64,000 nucleotides of DNA from Podarcis bocagei (Eukaryota): the NCBI GenBank assembly GCA_964188305.1, contig OZ076900.1; one strand, written 5' to 3'. The stretch's first letter is position 1, and every line of letters starts with the position of its first letter. Made by a program: the position numbers and the translations under genes. The notes beneath the pieces were generated by a model that was given only the letters and a program-made list of their open reading frames with translations, was not told the DNA's origin and did no database searches. Shown in pieces: positions 63,600 through 64,000 of this stretch.

Positions 63600-64000
63600 T
63601 AGGTCTGTTCTGGAAAAGTTGATAGAGTGGACGATTCCACCTCCGTTATCCATGATCCAGTTGTGGATGAGGAGGCTGATTTGGTCAGTATCATTGAGAC
63701 TTGAATGAATGAGCAGCGTGGAGTTGGTCTCAGCCAGCGGTGCCCACCTGGGTATCCAGCACAGCATCAGGGCAAACTTGAGGGTTTAAGAAGGGGAGTT
63801 GCTGTGGTCTATAAAGGTTCTTGTATCCACTGGGAGCTTGATTCCGATGTTACAGCAAATGACTCTCAAGGGGTGTCCAGAACATTGTCTAGTCCTGTTG
63901 AATTGGATGAGTTTCAGGTGGTAAGGTTTAAGAATGTGGGCAAGGTACTTGGATCAGTCAAGACAACCACATGTACGATGGACCCTTGCTGCTCTTGGCT
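63600..64000 (+). mobile_element. L2 LINE ORF2 fragments (endonuclease start and a downstream segment)
   Basis: IHDPVVDEEADLVSIIET*..GVGLSQRCPPGY..GVAVVYK and KVLGSVKTTTCTMDPCCSW motifs. Confidence 0.7.

Noticed and set aside
55100-64000. Further CFAP77 exons
   Set aside because: No segment resembling the penultimate exon (..YETRSSQLR..LWHMPHFQK) was found by eye; it probably lies beyond the window.

Overview
Vertebrate genomic DNA, almost certainly from a squamate and probably a lacertid lizard (Sauria-type SINEs, CR1/L2/L1 LINE remnants, many hAT, Tc1/mariner and Harbinger-like MITEs). The main gene is the homeobox gene BARHL1 on the minus strand. Its three coding exons (41388-40926, 33836-33614, 17601-17307) splice with canonical GT-AG sites into a 326-aa protein, separated by introns of 7.1 kb and 16.0 kb. 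The terminal coding exon of the syntenic neighbour CFAP77 lies at 55080-54952 (minus). The most interesting observation is a candidate fourth BARHL1 exon. A splice donor overlaps the stop codon (CG|GTGAGG) and fits in frame with an acceptor 3.4 kb downstream (13907). This would add the C-terminal peptide PSNFGN and an alternative 3'UTR with its own AATAAA, a Pumilio element and an AU-rich element. Other features: a decayed 4.2-kb hAT transposon inside a four-level nest of insertions (5.4-10.4 kb), a possible degenerate DDX31 terminal exon, a CpG-retaining domain over the 5' half of BARHL1 dense in short palindromic MITEs, and several candidate enhancers. I found no prokaryote-type system (CRISPR, operon). 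Homology calls rest on my recall of known sequences; no searches were run.
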